Below, in pieces: positions 38,426 to 49,600 of a stretch of DNA of 64,000 bases. Below the pieces are notes generated by a model. The model was given only the letters and a program-made list of their open reading frames with translations, was not told the DNA's origin and searched no databases. Numbering within the stretch: the first letter of the stretch is position 1; each line of letters starts with the position of its first letter. The position numbers and the translations under genes were made by a program. The DNA is from an uncultured Flavobacteriaceae bacterium (lineage in GTDB: Bacteria; Bacteroidota; Bacteroidia; AKYH767-A; OLB10), in contig CAYSPG010000017.1 of the NCBI GenBank assembly GCA_964432885.1, forward strand, positions 1,341-65,340, in the 5' to 3' direction.

Positions 38426-40828
38426 ATGAACTTTAAAAAATTCACCCCGCACTTTATTGCTATCGGCATTTTTCTTGCGCTTACACTCATTTATTTTTCT
38501 CCGCTGCTAACCGGTAAATCGCTACAACAGCATGATATTGCCCAGTGGACGGGAATGAGCAAAGAGATTCAGGATTTCAGAGACAAGTACCACACCGAAC
38601 CTTTGTGGACAGGCGCTATGTTTAGTGGAATGCCTGCTTACCAGATTTCGGTTTTGTATCCTGCCAATTTGATGCAGTATGTAAACGATGTTTTGTTTTT
38701 CTTTTTACCAACCCCTGCCTCGTACATTTTTTTATGCATGTTAAGTTTTTATTTATTGCTTATTGCTTTGCGTTTTGATTTCAGATTGGGTATTGCTGGT
38801 GCAATTGCCTTCGCTTTTTCATCTTATAACTTTGTAATACTTGTTGCAGGTCATAATTCAAAGGCGCATGCTATCGCGTTAATGCCGCTTGTTGTGGCAG
38901 GTGTTATTCTTGCTTTTCGCAATAAAATTTTATTTGGCTCAGCGCTAACGGCCATTGCACTGTCACTTCAGCTATACGCAAACCATTTACAAATCACTTA
39001 TTATTTGTTCATCACCATTTTAGTTTTAGTAATTGCATTTTTAGTGGATGCCATTTATAAAAAGAAAATTGTTGACTTTGTAAAAGCAGGTGCAGCGCTT
39101 GCAATTGCAGCAGTGTTAGCCATTTTACCTAACACAACAAGTTTATGGGCAACCTATGATTATGGAAAAGACAGCACACGCGGCCAGTCGGAACTAACAG
39201 AGAAAAAAATTTCTACAGGCTTGGATAAGGATTATGCTTTTAGTTACAGCTACGGAATTTCTGAAACATTTACATTGCTTATTCCTCGTTTTCACGGAGG
39301 AGCTTCTGTAGGACCATTGTCAGAATCATCAGCAACCTACAAAGCATTGCTCGATAACAATGTTCCGCAACAACAAGCTAAAGGGTTTATTGAATCAGTG
39401 CCCATGTATTTTGGCAACATGCGTTCAACTGCAGGACCACCTTATGCCGGTGCATTGGTGTGTTTTTTATTTGTTGCAGGATTAATACTTATAAAAGGGC
39501 CGGAAAAATGGTGGCTGGCTGTTGCCACTGTGCTTTCGTTTATGCTTGCATGGGGTAGTAATTTTGAAACCTTCAATACTTTTTTCTTTAATTATTTTCC
39601 GGGTTATAATAAATTTCGTGCAGTAAGTATGTGTTTGGTGATTGCGCAATTTACCATGCCGCTGCTTGCATTACTTGCTTTGCAACAAGCACTTGATAAA
39701 AAAATAAAACAAGACGACATTCTTAAAGCATTAAAAATTTCTCTTTACACAGTTGGCGGAATTTGCTTGGCGCTAAGTATTATGCCAGGTTTGTTTATGG
39801 ATTTTAGTTCGCAAAGCGATGAACAGTTAAAACAATATTCGTGGTTAATAAGCGCCATTAAAGAAGACCGAGAGAGTGCTGTTCGCATTGATGCTTTCCG
39901 CTCACTGTTTTTTATTGGTGTCGGATTTTTAGTGTTGTTTTATTTTCTGAAAAATAAAATTAAGTTGCAATATGTTTACATTTCGCTTATTGCAATTTTC
40001 TTAATTGACTTATGGCCTGTTGCCAAACGTTATTTGAATGATGACCGCTTTGTTGCAAAAACAAAAACCGTAAAACCATTTGAACCCACTGAAGCCGATT
40101 TGCAAATTCAGGCCGACAAGGAACCAGGCTTTCGTGTAATGAATACTTCTGTTGATGTTTTTAATGATGCATCCACTTCGTATTTTCATCGTTCCATTGG
40201 CGGGTATCACGGTGCCAAACTTAAACGCTACCAAGAGTTAATCGAAAACCAAATAGCAAATAACAACATTAATGTGTTGAATATGCTTAACACAAAATAT
40301 ATTATTGGAAGAGGAAAAGAAGGCGAGCCACCGCAAGCGCAATACAATCCGGGCGCATGTGGCGCGGCATGGTTTGTAAACGATTATAAAATTGTTGCCA
40401 ATGCTGACGAAGAAATAAAAGCCCTCGACAAATTTGAACCCAAACAAACTGCATTTATTGACAAACGTTTTGAATCAACATTAAATAATTTTAAACCAAC
40501 ACCTGATTCTACAGCATCAATAAAATTAACGGAGTATATTTCCAACCACCTCACGTACCAAAGTCAATCAACAACAGAGCAGCTTGCAATTTTTTCAGAG
40601 ATATATTATGACAAAGGATGGAATGTGTATGTTGATGGAGCGAAAGCGGATTATGTGCGCGCCAATTATGTTTTGCGTGCAATGAAAGTTCCGGCAGGCA
40701 ATCATAAAATAGAATGGAAGTTTGAACCATTGGTTTACTCAACAGGTGAAAAAATTTCGATGGCGGGTTCTATCATTTTACTTTTGTTTTTTGGAACATC
40801 AGTTTATTCAGAAATAAAAAAGAAATAA
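38426..40828 (+). CDS. YfhO-family polytopic membrane protein (putative lipid-linked glycan transferase)
   Basis: 800 aa with a multi-TM N-terminal half, a large C-terminal extracytoplasmic domain and a terminal TM. Typical Bacteroidota YfhO size and topology. Confidence 0.7.
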   Translation: MNFKKFTPHFIAIGIFLALTLIYFSPLLTGKSLQQHDIAQWTGMSKEIQDFRDKYHTEPLWTGAMFSGMPAYQISVLYPANLMQYVNDVLFFFLPTPASYIFLCMLSFYLLLIALRFDFRLGIAGAIAFAFSSYNFVILVAGHNSKAHAIALMPLVVAGVILAFRNKILFGSALTAIALSLQLYANHLQITYYLFITILVLVIAFLVDAIYKKKIVDFVKAGAALAIAAVLAILPNTTSLWATYDYGKDSTRGQSELTEKKISTGLDKDYAFSYSYGISETFTLLIPRFHGGASVGPLSESSATYKALLDNNVPQQQAKGFIESVPMYFGNMRSTAGPPYAGALVCFLFVAGLILIKGPEKWWLAVATVLSFMLAWGSNFETFNTFFFNYFPGYNKFRAVSMCLVIAQFTMPLLALLALQQALDKKIKQDDILKALKISLYTVGGICLALSIMPGLFMDFSSQSDEQLKQYSWLISAIKEDRESAVRIDAFRSLFFIGVGFLVLFYFLKNKIKLQYVYISLIAIFLIDLWPVAKRYLNDDRFVAKTKTVKPFEPTEADLQIQADKEPGFRVMNTSVDVFNDASTSYFHRSIGGYHGAKLKRYQELIENQIANNNINVLNMLNTKYIIGRGKEGEPPQAQYNPGACGAAWFVNDYKIVANADEEIKALDKFEPKQTAFIDKRFESTLNNFKPTPDSTASIKLTEYISNHLTYQSQSTTEQLAIFSEIYYDKGWNVYVDGAKADYVRANYVLRAMKVPAGNHKIEWKFEPLVYSTGEKISMAGSIILLLFFGTSVYSEIKKK

Positions 40829-40841
40829 CTCAATTGAGTTT

Positions 40842-42134
40842 GTGTCAAAAAAACTACTCATCATCACATACTACTGGCCACCAAGTGGCGGTGCAGGTGT
40901 ACAGCGTTGGCTAAAGTTTGTAAAGTACTTGCGGGAATTTGAATGGGAGCCTGTAGTTTATACAGTTGCCAATGGTGAGTTTCCGGAAATTGATAATTCG
41001 CTTGAAAAAGATATTCCTGAAAACATTACGGTACTTAAACAGCCTACATGGGAACCCTACAATTTTTATAAAATTTTTATTGGCAGAAAAAAAAACGAAA
41101 AAATTCACGCTGGATTTTTAACTGAAAAGAAAAAAATAGGATTACTGCAAAACATTGCAGTGTGGATACGCGGAAATATTTTTATTCCCGATGCCAGAAT
41201 GTTTTGGATAAAGCCCTCTGTAAAATTTCTCCAATCGTATCTTTCAAAAAATAAAGTGGATGCAATGGTTTCAACGGGGCCGCCACACAGTTGCCATTTA
41301 ATTGCACTTGCATTAAAAAACAAAATGGGAATAAAATGGCTTGCCGACTTCCGCGACCCTTGGACTAATATTGATTTTTATAAAGACTTAAAACTTACCT
41401 CATGGGCTGATAAAAAACACCAGCGATTGGAAAAGGAGGTAGTTGCCAAAGCCGATTGTGTGTTGACAATTGGTAAGACCATGCAGGAAGAATTTGCAAA
41501 GCAATTTAACCGCAACATTGAATTAATAACAAATGGTTTTGATGAGGAAGATATTTCTGAGGAAAAAGTGTTGGATAAAAAATTCTCAATAGCGCACATT
41601 GGTACTATGGTAAAAACGCGTAACCCGGTTGTGCTTTGGAAATCATTAAGTGATTTGATAAAAGAAGGACATGAAATAAAAAATAATCTTGAGTTGAAAT
41701 TGGTTGGTAAAGTTGATTATGTTGCTCAACAAAGTATTGAAGAGTTTGGCCTTACACAATTTGTAAATCGAATAGATTATATGACACACGATGAAGTGAC
41801 TCGTGTGCAACAGCAATCACAAATTCTTTTGCTCATTGTAAACAATACTCCCAATGCAAAAGGCGTTATAACCGGAAAAATATTTGAATACCTTCTTGCC
41901 AAACGCCCTGTAATTTGTATTGGCCCTGTTGATGGCGATGCTGCGCATGTAATAAACGAAACCAATGCAGGAGAGGTTGTAAATTATGATGACACAAAAA
42001 AAATGAAAGCTATACTTTTGCAGTACTATCAATTGTTTAAAGTTGGCAAATTAAATTCAGAAAGCAAAAACGTAGAAAAATACTCGCGCAAAAACTTAAC
42101 AAAACAACTATCCAACATCCTCAACAAACTTTAA
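40842..42134 (+). CDS. Glycosyltransferase (GT4-like, GT-B fold)
   Basis: GTG start. The N-terminal LLIITYYWPPSGGAGVQRW is a typical GT4 donor-domain start. It lies 14 bp after YfhO. Confidence 0.6.
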   Translation: MSKKLLIITYYWPPSGGAGVQRWLKFVKYLREFEWEPVVYTVANGEFPEIDNSLEKDIPENITVLKQPTWEPYNFYKIFIGRKKNEKIHAGFLTEKKKIGLLQNIAVWIRGNIFIPDARMFWIKPSVKFLQSYLSKNKVDAMVSTGPPHSCHLIALALKNKMGIKWLADFRDPWTNIDFYKDLKLTSWADKKHQRLEKEVVAKADCVLTIGKTMQEEFAKQFNRNIELITNGFDEEDISEEKVLDKKFSIAHIGTMVKTRNPVVLWKSLSDLIKEGHEIKNNLELKLVGKVDYVAQQSIEEFGLTQFVNRIDYMTHDEVTRVQQQSQILLLIVNNTPNAKGVITGKIFEYLLAKRPVICIGPVDGDAAHVINETNAGEVVNYDDTKKMKAILLQYYQLFKVGKLNSESKNVEKYSRKNLTKQLSNILNKL

Positions 42135-42143
42135 ACTTCAAAC

Positions 42144-43292
42144 TTGAAACTTCTAACAGTCATCGGTGCTCGTCCGCAAATTATAAAAGCTGCTGCTTTA
42201 AGCAGAGCTATAAAAAATTCATTTGCTAATGTGATTGACGAAATTATTGTTCACACAGGCCAGCATTATGACGAAAACATGTCTAAAGTTTTTTTTGCAG
42301 AACTGGAGATTCCAAAGGAAAATCACAACTTAAATGTTGGCAGTGGCTCACATGCATACCAAACAGCAGAAATAACAAGCAAACTCGAAAATATTTTATT
42401 GGACGAAAAACCAAATGCAGTTGTGTTGTATGGCGATACCAACTCAACGCTTGCAGGCGCATTGGCTGCAAGCAAAATGCATATTCCTGTTGTGCACATT
42501 GAAGCCGGCATGCGGTCCTTCAACAAAAACATGCCTGAGGAAATAAACCGCATTTGCTGCGACCATGTCTCTACCTTATTGTTTTCTCCAACCGAAACAG
42601 GAGTAAAAAATTTAGTAAAAGAAGGGTTTAAGAAAAATGCAACACCGCCATTTTCAATAGATAATCCAAAAGTTTATCACAGTGGTGATGTTATGTTTGA
42701 CAACAGCCTTTTTTTTAAATCTAAAGCTGAACGTAACTCAAAAATTCTGCAGCAAAATAATTTAGAAAAAGAAAAATTTGCTTTGGTTACTGTTCACCGC
42801 GATTCGAATACAGATGTAAAAGAAAACCTGAATAATTTATTCAGAGCATTTCACGAAATTTCATCAGAAGAAAAAATAACGTTTGTAATTCCTTTGCATC
42901 CGCGAACAAAAAAAATGTTGCCCCAGCAATTGGAACCACGTTTGCTAAAAGCTGTGGAAAAAAATCCATTTATAAAAATTATTGAGCCTGTATCGTTTTT
43001 AGATATGATTATGCTTGAGGCTAATTGTAAATTGATATTGACAGATAGTGGTGGCGTACAGAAAGAAAGTTATTTTTTTCAGAAGCCCTGTGTTATTTTA
43101 CGCACCGAAACCGAGTGGGTTGAATTGGTAAAACAAGGTACGGCCATTATTTGCGGTGCCAATAAAACAAAAATTAAAAATTCCTATAAAAAACTTTCCG
43201 AAAATAAATCGTTGCAGTTTCCTGAAATTTTTGGCGATGGAAAGGCAGCTGAATTTATTTGCCATGAGATATTAAAAAACTTTAATCAATAA
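42144..43292 (+). CDS. UDP-N-acetylglucosamine 2-epimerase (non-hydrolysing), copy 2
   Basis: TTG start. IGARPQIIK, HTGQHYD, GDTNSTLAGALAA, HIEAGMRSFNKNMPEEINR, DSGGVQKE. Confidence 0.85.
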   Translation: MKLLTVIGARPQIIKAAALSRAIKNSFANVIDEIIVHTGQHYDENMSKVFFAELEIPKENHNLNVGSGSHAYQTAEITSKLENILLDEKPNAVVLYGDTNSTLAGALAASKMHIPVVHIEAGMRSFNKNMPEEINRICCDHVSTLLFSPTETGVKNLVKEGFKKNATPPFSIDNPKVYHSGDVMFDNSLFFKSKAERNSKILQQNNLEKEKFALVTVHRDSNTDVKENLNNLFRAFHEISSEEKITFVIPLHPRTKKMLPQQLEPRLLKAVEKNPFIKIIEPVSFLDMIMLEANCKLILTDSGGVQKESYFFQKPCVILRTETEWVELVKQGTAIICGANKTKIKNSYKKLSENKSLQFPEIFGDGKAAEFICHEILKNFNQ

Positions 43293-43358
43293 CTTTTTTC
43301 CTTTAGGTGCTTTTAAATAAATGTAGTTGAACGTTAAACCAAAAACTATAAACTCAAA

Positions 43359-45212
43359 ATGTGCGGCATAGCAGGCTTTATTGATTCTTCCCTCTCCATT
43401 AGCGATGGAGGAAAGCTGCTTGATACAATGCTGGGAAAAATAGCGCACCGAGGACCTGATGCACGTGGAGTTTTTAATGATGGAGCTGTGTGGCTAGGAC
43501 ACAACAGGCTTTCCATTATTGATTTAAGCAATGAAGCTAACCAGCCTTTTCATTTTGAGAACTTCATTATCATTTTTAATGGTGAAATTTACAACTACAT
43601 CGAGATAAAAAAGGAATTACAGCAGTTGGGAATTTCTTTTCGTACACAATCCGATACCGAAGTAATAGTTGCTTCATATAAAATGTGGGGAGCAGATTGT
43701 GTAAAAAAATTTATGGGCATGTGGGCGTTTGTGATTTATGATAAACAGAAGAAAGAAATATTTTGCTCACGCGACCGGTTTGGTATCAAGCCATTTTATT
43801 ACATCATAGATGGAGAAAAATTTTATTTTGCATCTGAATACAAAGCCTTAAAACAATCACCTGTTTTTAAAAATGATTTAAACGTTAATCAAATATCAAG
43901 AGGCTTGCAGATGGGTTGGGTGTGTTATAATGATGAAACGTATTTTGAAAAAATAAAAAGCCTTCCAGCAGCTACCAACCTTCAACTGCACACTGTAAAC
44001 TGTAAACTGCAAACTTTTCGTTACTGGGATATTGAAACGGGAAAATATTCTTCACTTTCATTTGAAGAAAAGAAAAATAAATTTTATGAGTTGTTAGCCG
44101 AAAGCGTACGCATGCACATGCGTGCCGATGTGCCGGTGGCAAGTTGTTTAAGTGGTGGGTTGGACAGTTCGTCCATTGTGAGTATGGTACAACATCAAAA
44201 CAAAAATTTTCCTTACAAAACATTTAGCATTTACTACGAGGGAAAAAACGATGTGGACGAGCGCCCGTATGTGAAAGAGGTTATAAAAAAATACCCTTCT
44301 GTCGAGCCTTTTTATTTTTCTCCAACCGAAAAAGATATTCAGGAACATTTTCATAATGCGCTTTATCATGCCGATGTTCCGTGCACGGGTTCATCGTTTA
44401 TGTCGCAATATTTTTTAATGAAACTTATTGCCTCGCAAAAAATAAAAGTGGTGCTTGACGGGCAGGGTGCCGATGAATACCTTGCCGGCTACATGCATAC
44501 CTACTACAGGCTCGTTGCGGACTTGTTGCGTAAAATGAAACTGATAAAAGCAATTTCTCTAACACGTGAAACAACTAAAGTGCAAGGCAAAAAATTTATG
44601 CCGCACTTTATCAAAAGTTTGCTTAGCACCTTTAATTCAGAGCAATCGTTATACAGTATTGAGTATTTTAATTACTTCCCATTTTTGGTTAACGAAGGTT
44701 CCTCCCCTTCGGAGAGGTCAGGTGGGGCTACACCATTTAACCTTGAAATAAAGGAAGGAAGTAAGACCGATAATTTTTTATACCATCTTATTTTCAATTC
44801 AAGCCTTCCATCATTGTTGCATTACGAAGACCGTAACAGTATGGCATTCTCAATTGAATCACGTGTTCCGTTTTTAGATCACCGGTTGGTAGAATTCTGC
44901 TTCTCACTTTTGAATGATGATAAAGCCAACGGAATTTTTACCAAGTGGATAATGCGTCATGCACTAAAAGATATTTTACCGCATGATATTGCGTGGCGCA
45001 AAGACAAAAAGGGATTTGTAACCCCAGGTGAAAGCAAGTGGTTACGCGGCCCGCTAAAACATCTTACTGAAACAGATTTTTCAAACCTTGATTTTTTAGA
45101 TAAGCAAAAAACAAAAAACATTTTGGCTGAATACCGAAATGGAAACAACTCAAAAGCAACAATTGTATGGCGGCTTGGCACGCTAAACTATTGGGCAAAA
45201 AATTTTACTTAG
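43359..45212 (+). CDS. asnB: Asparagine synthase (glutamine-hydrolysing) family amidotransferase
   Basis: N-terminal MCGIAG (Ntn Cys2), RGPD, GEIYNY. PP-loop CLSGGLDSS. Confidence 0.9.
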   Translation: MCGIAGFIDSSLSISDGGKLLDTMLGKIAHRGPDARGVFNDGAVWLGHNRLSIIDLSNEANQPFHFENFIIIFNGEIYNYIEIKKELQQLGISFRTQSDTEVIVASYKMWGADCVKKFMGMWAFVIYDKQKKEIFCSRDRFGIKPFYYIIDGEKFYFASEYKALKQSPVFKNDLNVNQISRGLQMGWVCYNDETYFEKIKSLPAATNLQLHTVNCKLQTFRYWDIETGKYSSLSFEEKKNKFYELLAESVRMHMRADVPVASCLSGGLDSSSIVSMVQHQNKNFPYKTFSIYYEGKNDVDERPYVKEVIKKYPSVEPFYFSPTEKDIQEHFHNALYHADVPCTGSSFMSQYFLMKLIASQKIKVVLDGQGADEYLAGYMHTYYRLVADLLRKMKLIKAISLTRETTKVQGKKFMPHFIKSLLSTFNSEQSLYSIEYFNYFPFLVNEGSSPSERSGGATPFNLEIKEGSKTDNFLYHLIFNSSLPSLLHYEDRNSMAFSIESRVPFLDHRLVEFCFSLLNDDKANGIFTKWIMRHALKDILPHDIAWRKDKKGFVTPGESKWLRGPLKHLTETDFSNLDFLDKQKTKNILAEYRNGNNSKATIVWRLGTLNYWAKNFT

Positions 45213-45801
45213 CATTTTTAATATCTGTAATTTTATTTTCTACCGCTACCTGTAACTCAGCAAAAAATATATCAAAGCCTTTTTTTATTTCGCTATAGTG
45301 CAGTTGTAAATATTCAGCAGCGTTTTGCATACTGTTTGTAAACTTTGCTCTTTTTGACATAGCGGTTAAAATTTTATCAAGCCCTCCAACCGTTTGATAA
45401 TGCATCAGCCAGTTTTCTTTCATCATATAACCAAGTACATACCGGGTGCGCTCAGGCAAAATGTTTTCGTACTCTAAAATAATTTTAAATACCCATTGGC
45501 TGTAATCGCTTAAGCTTTCATCCGAAAAATTTTTCCAGTTATGTGCTAAAAAGTGGTCGTAATATACATCCGTAATTACAGGTGTGTATTTATTAAAGTG
45601 TGGGCGCAACTGCGCCTTGGTTATTTCCACCACCGGATGTGTATCGGTAAACGAATCAATAAAACGGTGCAGCAATATTCCATTTTGCACTTCAACCGGA
45701 AATTTTTTCCATGCACTTCCTTTCACGTGGTCGGCAATAAAATTTCCAACCATTAACGGTTGGTTGTTGCCAGAAAGGTACAAGTGTGCTAAAAAATTCA
45801 T
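45205..45801 (-). CDS. acpH: Acyl carrier protein phosphodiesterase
   Basis: The MNFLAHLYLSG start is the hallmark of AcpH. ~198 aa. Confidence 0.8.
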   Translation of the reverse strand: MNFLAHLYLSGNNQPLMVGNFIADHVKGSAWKKFPVEVQNGILLHRFIDSFTDTHPVVEITKAQLRPHFNKYTPVITDVYYDHFLAHNWKNFSDESLSDYSQWVFKIILEYENILPERTRYVLGYMMKENWLMHYQTVGGLDKILTAMSKRAKFTNSMQNAAEYLQLHYSEIKKGFDIFFAELQVAVENKITDIKNAK

Positions 45802-46148
45802 CCTTTAATTTTACCAAACAAAAGTACACCCAAAACAGCACCCATGGAATTTGCTAAAAAATCAAACCAGCTTCCGTAGCGGTCGGTAAGCAAATAGGTT
45901 TGCATAAGTTCAAGCATGCCGCCATATAAAATACAAAGCGTAAGCGTAAAATAGTTTTGCTTTAAAATTGGAAACACAATTTGGGATTTAGCAAATGCTT
46001 TCTTTATTAAAACCACAAGCACCAAAAAAATAAAACAGTGCACTAACTTGTCAACCGACAACAATTCAGTCCATGTGTATTTTGGAATTGCTTTACCGGG
46101 AATAACACATAAAATAAAAATAAACAGCGCCCAAAAAATTGCAGGCAA
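45798..46148 (-). CDS. VanZ-family membrane protein
   Basis: ~116 aa with 3-4 TM helices. Contains D.L.H and W.DF motifs. Shares a 4-bp overlap with the acpH start codon. Confidence 0.55.
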   Translation of the reverse strand: MPAIFWALFIFILCVIPGKAIPKYTWTELLSVDKLVHCFIFLVLVVLIKKAFAKSQIVFPILKQNYFTLTLCILYGGMLELMQTYLLTDRYGSWFDFLANSMGAVLGVLLFGKIKG

Positions 46149-46210
46149 AAATTGTTTAGCAGTATTTAATGAACTTGCCAGTGATTATTAAGTTAACAGA
46201 AATAAAATTG

Positions 46211-46591
46211 TTATGCTCCCACCGTAGCTTTGTAACCATCGGCATCCATCAGGTCAGCAAGTTGGGATGCATTGGTAAGTTTAATTTTTACCATCCAGCC
46301 TTCACCATAAGGATCGGAATTTACTGCCTGCGGATTATCCTTTAATGCAGGATTTACTTCAAGCACTTGCCCGTCAACAGGCATAAACAAATCCGAAACT
46401 GTTTTAACGGCTTCAACGGTTCCAAAAATATCTTCTTTGTTCAGCGATTCGCCTTCGGTGCCAATGTCAACATACACAATGTCGCCAAGTTCGCTTTGCG
46501 CAAAATCGGTAACTCCTATGTAAGCAACATCGCCTTCAATGCGAATCCATTCGTGATCTTTGGTGTACTTTAGGTTAGCAGGAAAATTCAT
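46211..46591 (-). CDS. gcvH: Glycine cleavage system H protein
   Basis: The lipoyl-lysine motif region ESVKA is present here as [10 protein letters not shown]. Also YTKDHEWI and PYGEGWM. Confidence 0.95.
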   Translation of the reverse strand: MNFPANLKYTKDHEWIRIEGDVAYIGVTDFAQSELGDIVYVDIGTEGESLNKEDIFGTVEAVKTVSDLFMPVDGQVLEVNPALKDNPQAVNSDPYGEGWMVKIKLTNASQLADLMDADGYKATVGA

Positions 46592-46627
46592 AAAATAATT
46601 TTTTTAAGTGAGGTGCAAATTTATTTT

Positions 46628-49600
46628 TTATTGTGAAAGTGTAAAGCGTATTTCTATACCGGCAAGCGTTGTGGCCGATGGGTAACTGGTTGAAATAACA
46701 GGAGTATTAATTGTTTTTTTGAAATACAAGCTAATGTTTAGTCTTTCATTTAATGTATAGTCAGCTTTGGTGTCAATAGTAATTACCGTTAATCCTGCTG
46801 TTGGCTGGTTGGTGTTTTCAACCAGTTTGCGAAGCACAGTTGTGTTTTTGCGGATTGAAAAATCGAGCGTAATATTTAAATCATTCGATTTGCGGGAAGT
46901 AATATTTCGCAATGCCTTAAACGGAAGTTTTACATTGGGAATTCGATAACCGGCACCAATGGTTAACTCTTTTCCTTTAACCTCGGTAACCTGTATGCCT
47001 GCAAGTGCCAATGAAATATTGCGGTCGCGCTTAAATTCAACACGTGTGGTAATATTTCCTCCACCACCTGAGGAAACACTTCCGCGCTTGGCAGGCGCAC
47101 TGTTGTTCTTTTTATTCTTCCATGTAATGTCAACCCCAATTAACGGGCTAAACTGTTCGCTTAATGTTACACCGGCTATTTGACGGCCCGGAATAAAATT
47201 GTTTACCTGATCGCGCACATTGCCACCAGCCACATACGATACATCCGTAGTAAACGCGCTTACATTATACGTGCTGCGGTAGCCATGATTAAGGGTTATA
47301 TTTTGAAAAATGTTTTTAAACAATGGCAATTTCGAAAGCCCATCATACCGCACTGTCCAGTTTGGTTTTGGAATTTTGGGAAACATATCAAGCGATGATG
47401 TTGACGCATTTTTTTTGGTGTATGCAGCAAGAAATGAAAGTATAATTACATCTTGTTGCGTTGCACCATACCCATCATTGTATCCTGCAGAATCAAGTCC
47501 GCTTGAAAAAGATTTTTCGGCAGCAAGGCGCTCACTAATAATTCTGCGGTTGGCAGCAAATGTTTCAAATATAGATGATGAATAATCTTTACGGTCTTTT
47601 ATAAATGCAGTGTTCCATGTAAAGTACGACATGCTGAAGTTGCCTCCTTCGGTATGTCCAAAATCTTTGTACTCACCGGCACCGGTTACATGAAAGTTTT
47701 CGCTTATATTTTTGGAGTAATTTCTGCTGGCATTTAAATCAATTACCAATCCTTGCAAAGGTTCGATGCTGGCGCGGCCAGTAACGTTCTCCTGGTAGGT
47801 TCGGGTAAACTGGCTGTTAAATGTAGTATCAATAGTAAGCCATCCGCTACGTGCAGCACGCTGGCGTATGCCGCCATCCTGATCGCCCATGGTAAATGCA
47901 AAGCCGGGTGCGCCACGCGTGCTGCCTCCATCTTTATACCAGTTTTGTCCAAGTATTTCACTTTGTTTGGTAAAGCCAGGTAATAACATTCCGTTTGTTT
48001 CGCTCCAGTTAACCGAAACATTTTTTAATCCAAAGAAAATTTTTGCAACCGTTTTAAACGCCTGGCTGTATTCTTTTTCTTTTTTCTTAACAGGCGGCTT
48101 GGGCGTTTTAACTTTTGATGTATCGTTAGCTAAACTGTCGGTTGCTGCTTTGGGCTTGGGTTCGGCTTTGGGTTTTTTCTCTTTGGGTTTAGGCGGTGCA
48201 GTAATTTTTTTATAAAACTTAAACTTGTTGTACAGTGTGGTCATGTTTAAGCTGTTATTTAACTGCTTGGTGTTTGAGTTTTGAATTGTATTTCCTAGTG
48301 CAGTGTTCAAATTATAACTTCCTGATTGCTGGTTTGCAATAAGCGGTGATGCATTCCAGTGGTAGGTGGCGCCATAACGTGCATTTACATTTATCCAGTC
48401 GGTAAGCGGTATTTTATTTAACGGTAAGTTATATGATAACGAGCCATCGTGCATGTAATCAATATTTCGGCCCATGGCCCAAAAGTTTTTGCGCACCGAA
48501 TCTTTTTTTGCTTCGGTATCAAGCTTGCCTTCGGGCTCATCAATCTTGCCTTGATTGTTTGCGTTAAACTCAAACTTAATGGACTTTGTAATATCCCAAC
48601 TTAATCCGTACTGCCTGCCCATGGTAAAATTTTTATCGTACGTAGCAGGTATAATGGCATCGGCATTGGTAATGTCACGCAATTGCGTTTCGCCAAGGTG
48701 GCGCATAACATCCCAACGGAAATTAAAGGAGGCGGGTATTAAATTAAAATTAAAGTCTTTTATGGGTTTTAAATATTTTGATTTGCCCTTGAGTTTTGCA
48801 AACGGTGTAATGCCTTTGGGGTTGGTATTAAAATTATATCCAATGGCACCGAGGTAATCCTTTTGCATATCAAATTCGGTGGTAATGTTTCTGCGATACA
48901 CTTCGGTGTAGCCATACGTAAAGTTTAAATTCTCTACATCATAAATGCGCGACTTGCTTGCATTTTTTCCTGTTTTGTTTTTCTTTACGTTGGTAAAGTT
49001 TAAACTTTTTCTGCGGGTATAATCCTGCGATATTCGTTTACGGGTGCTCTTGCGTCCGGCATCGTTTATTGAATTAAGAGAGCGGTCAAATTCTATGTCG
49101 GGGTCAAGCGGGTCGTACTGCGGATTGCTAAACACTTCGCCATAACCAAAATAAAGTGGAACAGTAATACCTGTGCTTGCAGGTAAAAATTTTCCAAGTT
49201 CAAGTGATGTGGCCACATCATAATTGGTAACATCTTCTTTGGTCCGCTCGCTTATTTTACTTTCTAAACTTCCAAAGCCATGTGTGCTGTGCCCGCCAGA
49301 AAGAGAAACATTACCCAAGTCGGCAAGTTTTACCTGTGCGCGTGCAACGGTTGCCCATCCTCCTTTTTCGCTAAACTCGCTCATGCGAAATTCGTTAAAC
49401 CAAACTTCAACACACAAATCATTTGTATTAGGATTGGGTTCAAATGGCTCGGCCGGATTCCAAACACCAAGCATCATTGTTTTTACTTCGCTTAATGTTG
49501 GGTTACCTTTTATATAAATTAAATTGTCTCCATCCTTTTCAGAATATTCCATCGTAAAACTTGTTCCTGCATTATTGCGGTTAAGTTTTGCCTGAGTTAA

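Noticed and set aside
42131-42160. Short aaactt/aaacttg direct repeats ahead of the second epimerase, and tgtaaactgtaaactgcaaact inside asnB (43990-44012)
   Set aside because: They are very short, AT-rich and consistent with chance. The second lies within a well-supported coding region.
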